Assembly (NCBI GenBank): GCA_002269645.1
Contig: NIVC01000382.1
Location: forward strand, 558,001-622,000
Origin: Macrostomum lignano
Taxonomy: Eukaryota
Direction of reading: 5' to 3'
DNA: 64,000 nucleotides
Shown piece by piece: positions 30,101 through 42,100 of the stretch. Both the position numbers and the translations under genes were made by a program. The notes beneath the pieces are model-generated. The model was not told where the DNA came from, ran no database searches, and worked only from the letters and a program-made list of their open reading frames with translations. Each line of letters begins with the position of its first letter. The stretch's first letter is position 1.

Positions 30101-33100
30101 AATTGGAAGGCAGATGTCTCAACACCGACCAACACGAACAGATGTTGTAGCTTGCAATGCCACGAAAACTTTTCTGATTTCCTAATTTAGTAATTGAAGA
30201 AAATTTGAGGTTCCCGAACGTAACTCAATGAATTTGTAATAGCTGCTTGTCTCCGCCTTCGCTTTTCTTTTATGCGCAATTTTAATGGACAAAAAATTAC
30301 TAGGCACGAAATTTCTCCGCCTCCTATCAACCCTCCAAACAGAACTGCAACGAGACAATCACAGCGATGGCCGTTGGAGTCGTGAACGAAAAATCGTACG
30401 ACGAAATCGTCTGCTCAACCTATGGAGGTTTGTTTTAATGCTTACTGTCTGGGCATTGTTGGTCTGCCTAATACTGACTGAGTGACTGACTGACTGACTG
30501 ACTGACTAACTGACTGATTGACTGACTGACTGACTGACTGACTGACTGACTGACTGATTGACTGACTGACTGACTAACTGACTGATTGACTGACTGACTG
30601 ACTGACTGACCGACTGACTACTTGGAATTGAGGACTGACATGACAATCTGCACAGTCGAACATAAATAAAAAATCAAATTTTTTCTGAGGGACTCATTGA
30701 ATATTTGAAAACATGTGACTTCAGTGCTCATGCTCATGACAGACTGCTATACAAAGTAAAAATAGAAACAGCATTGCCTGCTCTGCGCCTTTCAATTTAT
30801 GAGGAGGATTAGAGGGCCGGAGTCTGTCATACGAATGTGCTTTTCACCGAGAATAAAAAATCAAATATTCAGAGAAAAAATAGGCCATGCAGGCGGCCAA
30901 TCCAATCCTACTTGCAGACTTACGTCTAAAATCTGTTGTTAAATACTAATGGAAACAAATTCTATATATAGTGCGCTGGATTTGTCCAGATCATTGATAT
31001 ATGTTTGCATATGTTTGTTCATTGATCCAGTATTACGAGAAATCACAGACTGCTAGTCGTACCTACGATTCACTGATGAATGTTTTTTATCCTATGCACA
31101 AGTCAATATCAATGTTGCTTCTTATATGCAATTTGTTGTTAAGGCTTTCGGAGACTTCAGGAGTTCCTCTTGCAAATGGGCGGGTCAAATATGTCTTATT
31201 ACCAAGTCTGATGCAAAAGTTTATTAGCTCAAATGAGCTGAGATGTCAAGTCTTACGGGGTGAATCGCTGAAATGCTGTGGCTAATGGGGGGTTGCTGAG
31301 ATGCCAAGGGCCAATTAGAAGTTGTTGGTAGGTCAAACAGGTAGATCAAAGGGAGAATTAGGGTTCAGCCATGGCTTAAAGGGAGGCTTTGATGCAAAAG
31401 CTCACAAGGGGATACTAATAGCTTAAGCTAAATAGCTAGCTTTCAAGGCTGAAGCTTTTTTGCTTTAAATGTCATTTCTTTTGGAAACTAAAAATAGAGA
31501 ATTTACAAGGTCAAAACCTACATGTACATGTAGTTTATTAAAATAAATTTATTCCTTTCTTTGTTCCTCCCCTGCGGGGGGGGGGGCAGATTGCTAGTCC
31601 ATATACTAAAATGGTTTGTCAGTGGGTTTGTGTGTATATACGAAACTTACAAAGCACAAAGTCAGTCAGCCAGACCACTGTGGATGTCTATGGCCAAAAG
31701 AGTTATCACACTCGAAATAATTGTTTTTTGTTTTCTATCTTTTAACCATAGACTATAATCGGCTTTTATTCTGCAAAAGTGCAACATACGCTCGTATGTT
31801 GAAAAGATTTGCGTCAACGAAGCTGTCTATAGCTGTCCTGGCAATATATATCCTCTTATAGATTGAATTTGTCCTCTAATGGTAGATTGTGTAGTATGTA
31901 TTAGCCTTGAATAATGATCGCTGTTACGAGTGGCGAAGCCACTCAACGTTTAAGCCACTCATACACCACTCATTATTCTATGGCCTAAACGAGTCCCGCG
32001 ATCATTGCGTACCGATCATTCCGTACCGCGTAGATGTTTTCATTGCGTACCGCTTAGAATTGTCTCAAAGGATTGGCCATAGACAATTCTAGAGCTTGGA
32101 TAGAAAGACAAAAGGGAAGAGTTAGAGGGTATACGGTTGACCATAGACTATATGATTTTCCGAGACTAAAGACTCTTGAAAGGATCTGTTTTCTAAGGCA
32201 GGGCCAGGTTATACGCATATTTTATATTTACATGTATGTACGAGCATATTCTCAATTGCCTAGTGTATTTATCGTCACTTCTGTTAAATAAACTGTTTTG
32301 TCTATGGTTGAAATGCGCGTTGGAAGCCTGGAATAATGGCGTTCCTTGGACAATCATAAGGCTCTGGTAGGCCATAGAATAATGCCTTCTTAATGGAAGC
32401 TAAATTTATATCGTGCCATAGACAGCTATGTATTGTATATACTCGTATATTGCCAGATTGAATTTGTCTACTAATGCCTTCTTAATGGAAGCTATAAGTA
32501 TATATATGCAGTTTGCTAAAACTCCGTACCCAGAATAAAGTTTTTTAATCTACGCCCACTAAGAGAAAATCCATAAAAAAATCGAGTCCTTTCTTTTTTC
32601 TAAAAAGCAATGCAAACCATAAGCTGATTAGCACCCGGTATTAAAAAAGCAAATTTGAGTCACTACTTTAATCAGCAAAAACTAAATTTCTATTCATAAC
32701 TCCTAGAGATACTTTAATTAACACATGCCACATTTATTTTTCTTGTAAAAGTGCACTGATTAAGTACAGGGAAGCAAATAAAAGTACACTTGAAAACCAT
32801 TCAATCTAGGCTGGATTTTCGGTTTGACGCGCGCCGTGCTGGAGAGCTCAACTGGTGCAGATGCGGCTGGAGTGGCCACGAGCTCTGCGGGAGCTGGCGA
32901 TGGGAAGCTGGACGGACTCAGGTAGTTCTCCCGATGACTATAATTGAGCATTTTTAAATAGGTTGGAAAGGACGCGAACATAGCCGATCCGCAGCAAGAA
33001 ATGGAATTGAGTGGCTTCTCATAAAAATGGCCTTTTGTACTTTAATTCTCAATAAAATTTGACCTTGTTAAAAATTTATGAATATAATACATTATTATAT

Positions 33101-36100
33101 GTATGAAATCATCCAGGACAAGCGCCTCGAAAAAGTCCGATAAGCCGTCCGTTGTTGTTGACACGGCAGCTTTCGTGTCGCGGTACTCCGCCATGTTGGC
33201 GGAAACCAGCAGGTCCGGCATGATTGGGAGTGGGGCCTTAACGTCGACGCCCAGATTTTTCTGTTCTGGCTCCAGCCCAGAGGTGCCTCTGTAACGCTGC
33301 TACATGCATCAGACCCTATTATGGGGTTATTTTGTTGTTTTTTTAAGAAACCTACCGCCAATTGTGCGGTGCATCTATAACGACTGTGCAATACTGCTTG
33401 TGCAGTAAGGGTCACAGCTCCATTTCTACATTACGTCGTAGTTTAGGGGCAGCTAGCATATTCATATTTCATTGTGTCAATGCTAATTAAGTCCATAATC
33501 ATTTTTTAAACTTCAACAGAGAGGAGATCGGGCAGCTGCAGCAGAGGGTGGAGAAGGAGCGTGACAAATACCAGACGATGTCAACCAAAGGCAACGCAGT
33601 GTCCTCGGTGCCTCTCTTCGACATCAACGACCGTTTCATCCTGACGCCAGTGGACGCAGCGTACACCTTGACCATCGAGTGTCAGGCGCCCATCGACAAT
33701 CTGCTGTTGCAGTCGGACGTGCCGGTGGACATCATGGACACCGAAAAGAACTCCGCCGTGGTCAGTCTCAGCGCTGTCAATCCTGACGAAGGAAATCACC
33801 TGCTGGCCACTTACAGGTGAGCGTCATCCTTTTTTAGTCCTACGTTCTGCCTCTCCATTGTCCCTCAAGGTCCTTGATTCAGCCTCTCCGCTCTCCCTCA
33901 AGATCCTTAAATCTGTCTCTCCGCTCTCCCTCAAGACCCTTGAATCTGGCTCTCCGCTCTCCCTCAAGACCCTTGAATCTGGCTCTCCGCTCTCCACCAA
34001 GATCCTTGAATCTGCCCCTCCGCTCTCCCTCAAGATCCTTAAATCTGTCTCTCCGCTCTCCCTCAAGACCCTTGAATCTGGCTCTCCGCTCTCCACCAAG
34101 ATCCTTGAATCTGGCTCTCCGCTCTCCACCAAGATCCTTGAATCTGCCCCTCCGCTCTCCCTCAAGATCCTTAAATCTGTCTCTCCGCTCTCCCTCAAGA
34201 CCCTTGAATCTGGCTCTCCGCTCTCCACCAAGATCCTTGAATCTGGCTCTCCGCTCTCCACCAAGATCCTTGAATCTGGCTCTCCGCTCTCCACCAAGAT
34301 CCTTGAATCTGGCTCTCCACTCTCCATCAAGATCCTTGAATCTGCCTCTCCGCTCTCCCTCAAGATTCTCAAAACTTGAAGCTACAATAAACAGTAGCAA
34401 ATTGCTTCTCAATGAAGAGTTTGATCGAGTGGTGATCAGTCACTCGAAAATTCCCACTTCCAGGCACTTAAGCCTGGGAACAAAGTCAGTGATCACTTAC
34501 TGTTGCGGGCTCCTCTTCTTTGTAGCGCGCGTCTGTAGAGCTCGTCTCCTTGAAGCTTCTTTCTTCTGAGTAGTCTTCTTGATTTCTAAAATCGGCCGAA
34601 AGTGAGAGCGTATCATTTAAATCGACGTCGCAGTGTTCCTCGAGTGCAGAAATCGAGTCGACTCGAGTACAATGTCAGCGATGTGCCCTAATAACAAAAT
34701 CAACTTCTATAACAATACGAGGTCCTCCAGAAAGGGCGTCTTCTTCTAGAACTAACGGAATCGGAGTCGTGTGCTCCTATCGGTTAATCTAGGATAACAA
34801 AATCAATCAAATCGATAATCCTCCAAGAGTATTGGAATCGGTCCGCAGATCCTATCCAATCCCTTAGGAAAATGGGAGGCCTCAAATTCAATGAACTCAT
34901 AAATCAACTGATCAGTAACGGCCGGCAATAAAATCGCTCTCAAAAAATCCATTAAACCCCAAAAGACTAACGCAGAGTAAAAGCAAGTGGCACAAAAGAC
35001 CGGCAGACGCGTCCCAGAAAGGGAAAACGAACCCCTTAAGCGACGAAATAGATTGATTTTGTAATTTAAAAGAGAAAAAAATATTTTGCCAAAATTACGC
35101 CGACTCAGCGGCCGCGACGCGTGACTAAATAGCACAGAGCGGGGGGGGGAGGCTGCCCTAAGCCCTGCACGCACGCAGAGCACCAGCACCCCACCAACCC
35201 ACCAAAGCGAGGCCGGGCCGGCGCGGGGGGGGGTTTAAAACCAGTTAGAGTCAGATACCTGCCTCAAACTGACGTATTAAACCCCAAAAGACTAACGCAG
35301 AGTAAAAGCAAGTGGCACTAAAGACCGGCAGACGCGGCCCAGAAAGGGAAAACGAACCCCAACACCAACAGAAAGAGGGAGGAAGGAGACAAGCGTGTAA
35401 AATCAAATCAACGAGCCGCAGAATAAATTAAACCAAGCCAAAAAAGCCAGGTCCAAGCAATAGCTCTAAGACTCGTACCTGAGCTCGGGATCTGCTTCAG
35501 CCGTCGCAACTCGCTCCGCTCGAGAACTGCGCCAGAGACCGGGGCTCAGCGCGAGCGACGCCTGCTCAAGCAACCGGGCCGCCGTTGACTCATTGAGGCA
35601 GGCCCTGCGCAGATCTTCCGGCTGCGCCTTGGCCCGGCCGAAGTAGCGCAGCAGAAACAGCAGCATGTGGCGGGGATGCGTCAGGCAGCGCGACAGCGGG
35701 TCGCTCAGCAGCTGCCAGGACCCCGGCATATGGTCGTGCCTCAGACTCTGCCAGAGTGGCCGTTTTGAGCAGGGTCATGACGATCGGGTTGCTGGAGGCA
35801 CCGCGGTTGATGGTGCCGACCGCCGCGCTGCTGTCGACGTAGCAGGCCACCTTGCCGCCGGCCAGCTGCTCCTGGAACAGAATGATGGCGAGCAGCGGCA
35901 GTACCGTCTCCTTGGCGTTGATGTGCTCGCTCAGGAAGATGCCACCGGCGTCACTGCAGAAGTCGACGAGGCGGAACTCGCGCTGGCCATCAGAGGTGCT
36001 CAGGATCATGCCACTGGCACTGACGCAGGCGTCCGTCTCGACCGCTGCCAGCACTCGTGCACGCCGCCACAGCTTGTCGGTCGGGAACACTGGGATTGCA

Positions 36101-39100
36101 TGCTGCCAGAACTGCAACTGGGCCAGTAGCTCGCCGCGCACCGGTACTCGATGATGCTGCTCAGGAATAGCGATGGTTATCTCCAGGAGCGCGCGAAGCA
36201 GGGCCTTTGCAGGTTTGGCCACTTTGCAGAACCAGTTCAGTTTGCCGACTAGATGCTGAAGGCGACGTTTTTGCAGGCTCTTCGAGTTGGCGCAGTCCTG
36301 GAGAAGTTCTCGAAGGCCGTCCATCTTCTCGGCGGGCAGTGACAGCAGGCCAGTCAATGTGTCGATCTGCACACCCAGGAAAGTGACCGAAGTGGCTGGG
36401 CTCTGCGTCTTGGCCCAGTTGATCTCAAAGCCGAGGCGCTGCAGGGTGACCAGCAGAAAATTGTGCAGCTGCAGGCAGACCTCGTAGTCCCGGGCAGCTA
36501 TGCAGAAATCGTCGAGGTATGCGATGACGGCGAATTTGGACAGATGCGAGAATTGCCTGTACATGAAGCGCTTGACAGCTTGCGTTAGGCGGTGGAAAAT
36601 GTTGACTGATGCCGCCGCACCGAATGGGAGTCGCGTGTCAACCAGATAGGTGGGCTGACCGTCCAGCTCGTACGTCCACCGGAGCCCCGTCGCCTTATAG
36701 CAGTCTGGGTGCACCTGAACACTTCGGTAGGCGTGGCGTAGGTCGACCTTGCTGATGAACCAGCCTGGTGCCAGCTGCCTGGTGAGATCCTCGACATTGG
36801 CAAACTTCATCTTCTGGCGGGGCTTGTACAGATCGTTGAGGCTGTTGCCCTGTGGCGCGGACGCGTCGTGAATCAGGCGGATGGCGCCGTCTGCCTTCGG
36901 GACGGCGCCCAGTGGGCTGATGATGGTCGGCCTGGCGATGCCCAAGTCAGTTGCGCTGATGTACCGGCCAGCCACGACCTCCTCTTGCCAAAATTACGCC
37001 GACTCAGCGGCCGCGACGCGTGACTAAATAGCACAGAGCGGGGGGGGGAGGCTGCCCTAAGCCCTGCACGCACGCAGAGCACCAGCACCCCACCAACCCA
37101 CCAAAGCGAGGCCGGGCCGGCGCGGGGGGGGTTTAAAACCAGTTAGAGTCAGATACCTGCCTCAAACTGACGTAAATAACAAAGGCTCGAACAAGGGCTT
37201 ACCGAACGGTATTTATTTCCTCAGAGATGTAGCCTCGCTTAGCTGTTCCAGCTACTACGTTACTACTTATAGTAGTTTACTTTGTACCGTATTTGGAGAT
37301 CTCTACATCAAAGACAGAAGCCATGCAATCAGCTGAGGTTGGATGAGAGTTGACATATTCAGCATTTTCCAATATTGCTTTTCTTGCATCCTGGCAAATC
37401 AAAAGGCTGGCCGCATTAAAAATTCAATATTATGCTCAGTAAGTCATTTGGTCTGCGAGATGGTTTTTGATGACATCAAACCAATTTTCATCAAAGCTCG
37501 TTTCTTGTTGGGTTTGCTCGTCAAAACTCAGAGTTGAAATTATTTTTGAAACAAATATAGTTTTGATGATACTCTGGTGGTATGCAGTCAATTAGTACAC
37601 CGACGAATGCACAGAATAGTACACAGAACTAATCTAGTAAGCACTACACAAAACACTGTACATAGAGTTCATTTTTAGTACACAAAACACTGTACATAGA
37701 GTTCATTTTTAGTACACAAAACACTGTACATAGAGTTCATTTTTAGTACACAAAACACTGTACATAGAGTTCATTTTTAGTACACAAAACACTGTACATA
37801 GAGTTCAGCCAGTAAACCGGATACTGTACCTGAAGTCAGGGTTCAAGTTGCTCAAATCAGTCAAAAACTTCAGCTAAAACATACCCCACCCCCACAATTC
37901 GCAACCAGGTGTCAGGCCAACACAACCAGACTGGAAATCAAAGTGCGCACAATCGAAGGTCACTACGGTACTCTCATGGCTTACGTGACGCCCAGACTGC
38001 AGCCAAAGGTCTGCCAGTTGCTGGCCTATCACATCAAGCCGCTGTCGCTGCACAGACGAGCCCACGAACTTGATGAGAGCCGACCGCTGAATAGTCTGAC
38101 TCTCACTGGGGCCTTCTCTCTGGCTGAAATTCATCACTGGGTTGCTTTTCTAGTTGGCGAGGTGCCAGAGAAAGCGCCAGCCGACGAGGCCGGTTGGCTC
38201 GTGTTTGAGAACACCTTCTTAGGCACGCAGTTCGAAGCCAGGTACAAGAAAGGCGAAGCAGTGTTCCGGTCCGACAATTTGTCCACAATCTCCATTATTA
38301 AGGAGTGCCTTAGCAAAGAGGCAACAAAGAGAAAAATTGCGCTGCAAATTGGATACGAAGTGAGTTTTTTGTTAGTGAATTTGTTTATCGTTAAAACATT
38401 TTCACTCAATTTTAAGGCGGCATACAAGTGTTGTGCAATCGTGCCCTTTCTCGCCCTCCTGCCCCGCCCCAACCCTCCAGTCTGCCCCACCCCTCCAATC
38501 AATAATCAATGCGTACGCCGATCACGCCACCCCGCCCCACCTCCCCTGCTGTACCGTACATTTGTTCTTAAGGTATATTCATGTACGCGTAGGACCAATG
38601 AAAAATATATAGTCGCTGTCTGGAGGGCAGACTCCTCCCTTGCGCGCGTTGGTCCGCCTCTGTTGGCTATTGACTAAAACGACTCATCGATCTACCATAA
38701 AAAGTGCACGGCGAACTGCATCGGCTACGGTGTGTAAGTTCGTGTTCGCGATTTACTGTCCTTTTTCTGCTTCTCCCTAGGGCGCGGGACGGGAGCTCTG
38801 ACTGGGGACCTGGGGGTCGCAGCTTCCCGACAGGTTAAAGCTGTAGGCGTTGCTCCGGAGGACGGGGCTCACAACAACTGGTGCCGTGACCAGGATTCCA
38901 GTTAGGGTTTCCGTTAGATTTTTGTCTGTTGTCTGGGGTAGTGCATTATTGAATTAGTTTTGCGTTAGAATTAGTTTTGCGTTAGAATTAGTTTTGCGTT
39001 AGAATTAGTTTTGTGCAAGCGATCATGGCCAATTTAGACGATCTTATCGGTGCTTTGACAGTGAGAATCCAGGAGCAGTTAAACGTGGGCCAGCGCGTTC

Positions 39101-42100
39101 CACGTCCTAATAAGTATGTGCCGACTCAAGATTTTGCTTTGTGGTTGCAACAGTTTACCACGTACTGCGAGGCTGCTCAGATCCCTGAGGATCAGCGGAA
39201 GCAGAATTTGCTGAGTCTGTTGGACTTTGGCACGGCTTTTAAAGCAGTGGCCAATCTCGAGCTGGATGATGACTTGGACTACGCAGAGTTTGTGGAGCAG
39301 CTGGAGGCTCGCTTCAGTCAGAATCGCACACCCCAGGACTACAAGACAGAATTTCAAAACAGGAGTCAGAGAGAGGGGGAAGCACTAGAGGATCACGCTG
39401 ACGCTCTCAGGGAGCTCATGCGTAAGGCATATCCGGCTCTGCCAGTAGAGCAAAGGGATGAGCTAGCAAAAGACCGATTCTTAAAGGGGATTCGAGTTCC
39501 GGACAGGGTGCTTGAGAATGTCTTGCTGCAAGACCCTGACACGCTGCAGGCCGCGATCCAGCGAGTGCGCCAGACTCTCGCATCGATGAAGCTGCTGGAG
39601 GGAAAGCGATCAGTCCACGTGGTGAACAGTCAGGCAGCTGCTGCAGCGGACAGTCAGACAGCTCGCATGGCTGAGGAGATCGCCAGCTTGAAGGCAGAGA
39701 TCGCGCAGCTGAAGCAAGGAGGGGCGTCGGCCTCGGTGGTGCAGCCGAGTCCGCAGCAGCCGGCAGCCGCGCCTCAGGCGGGCAGAACCTGTGGGAGGTG
39801 TCTTCAGATGGGGCACTCGGCGGCGGACTGTAGGAATCGAGTAGTTTGCCTTGCCTGCGGCCAGCAGGGACACACTCGTGCCAGGTGCCAGAGTCAGCAG
39901 GCTGCTCAGAGTCAGGGAAACGGGATGGGGGCCCGGCCAGGCCAGCGTCCCGGGCCCCGTCTGCAATGATTGAAGAAGCGCCAGGGCCCACAACCCAGAT
40001 CCAGAGTGTGCTTGGTGGAACTGGACTGGGTTATATTGACGCAAAGTTTGAATCTGGGCCCTTGGTTGCTTGTTTGCTGGACAGCGGGTCCACAGTGTCA
40101 TTACTTAGTAGTCGTTTCTTAGAATCCGCCAAAATTAAGAACAAAATTCAGAATTGTAGTACTGATTTTTCAATTTACACAGCGAGTGGTGAGCCAATTC
40201 AAATTTTAGGCCGAATTAATCCGAAGTTTTCGATTGGTGAGACGAAATTCGAGCACGAATTTTTTGTTGTCGATGAAATTTCACAGCCATGCATTTTAGG
40301 AACCGATTTTTTCATTAGACATTGCATGATAATTGATTTCGCTAGACACTGCCTGCAGACAGAATCGTGTGTCTTTCCTTTCCGTTTGTGTGCTGACAGA
40401 CCTCTTGTGTGCCGCATCGTGCTGCGCCAGGCTGTCCGGATGGATGCCGGTGAGGAGAAGCTGGTCCCAGTCCGCCTTCAGAGACGCGGGGTGAGGGGAT
40501 TTCAGTTTCCTGGAATGGTGGAGTCCGAGCGTCGGGCAGCAGGTGATCATTTGCTGGCCAGATCGGTGCAGTTGCCTGATCAAGAGGGTCAGTTGTCTGT
40601 CAGGATTCTGAACACGTCGGAGTGCAGTTTGTCGATGAGGCGGGGCACTCGAGTTGGCTGGTTTTCGCCGGTCTCTGCGCAGCAGCCAGCGGAGCTGCAG
40701 CTGAATGCCGTCCAGTCAGAAGGAGAGCTGTGGAGTCCCCTCAGCGAAGTCAAAGAGTGGGGTGCCTGCGGCCTATCAGACGCAGAGGCAAGAGAGTTTG
40801 TTTCCCTGGTTGCCAAAAATCGTGACGTCTTTGCCAAAGACAGCTCTGAACTCGGGCTCACGAATCTGATGGCGCACGAAATCGACACGGGTAACGCGAA
40901 GCCCGTGACTGAACCCTTGCGCAGAATCCCGCCGCACTGGAGAATTGAGGTTGATAAACAGGTTGATCAACTGCTGGCTGAAGGCCGCATCTATCCCTGT
41001 CAGTCACCCTGGTCGAGCCCAGTGGTTCCGGTTAGAAAGTCGGATGGCAGTCTCAGAATGTGTCTGGATTACAGGCGCCTGAACAGCGTGACCGTTCCTG
41101 ATCCTCTGCCTCCCCCCAGGATGGATGAGACTCTTGATGCGCTCGGGGGAAACTGCATCTTTTCCACGATGGACCTGGCATCCGGGTACCATCAGTGCCC
41201 ACTGGAGTCGAAAGACCAGTTAAAGACCGCTTTCGTGGTGCCGAATCGGGGACAGTTTGCGTGGAAGTGCATGAGTTTCGGGCTCAAAAACGCCCCGTCA
41301 ACCTTTACGAGACTCATGTCCATGGCACTGTCAGAAGTCAACTGGAAGGAATGCCTCGTCTACTTCGACGACATAGTTGTCTTCTCCACGACTGTGCAGC
41401 AGCACTTCGAGCGCCTTGAGCATGTGTTTCAATGTCTCAGAAGAGCTAACATCAAGCTGAAGCCAGCAAAATGTGTCTTTCTGGCCGAAAAGATTAGCTT
41501 CTTAGGTCACGTGATCTCCAAGGATGGAATAGCAACGAACCCAGAAAAGTGTGCCGAAATCCAGGACTGGCCCAGGCCTTGCAGTGTGGCCAAAGTCCAA
41601 TCGTTTCTCGGACTGTGCGTCTACTACAAAGCTTTCATTCCAAATTTTTCCGAGATTGCCGCTCCGCTCTACAGACTTGTAGCGAACGATGCCGAGTTCA
41701 AATGGGGCCCAGCCCAAGAGCAGTCGTTCAACAGTCTGAAAGCGGCTCTGTGTTCGCCAAGCGTTATGGCTTTTCCAGACTTCTCGCCAAACGCTGGTGA
41801 GTTTATTCTTGACACGGATGCCAGCTCTCGAATTGGGCTTGGTGCGGTGCTGTCGCAGCGCCAGTCGGACGGGTCTGAGAAGGTGATAGCCTATGGATCT
41901 CGAATGATCCAGGCAAGCGAGAAAAACTACTGCACCACCCGTCTCGAGCTGTTGGCAATTGTGCACTTTATCAAAAAGTACCGGTACTATCTACTCGGGA
42001 AAAAGTTCACTGTGAGATCTGATCACAAAGCCCTGCAGTGGCTCGCCAGCATCCGTGATGTTGAGGGTCAATGTGCTCGATGGCTGGAGACACTGCAGAA

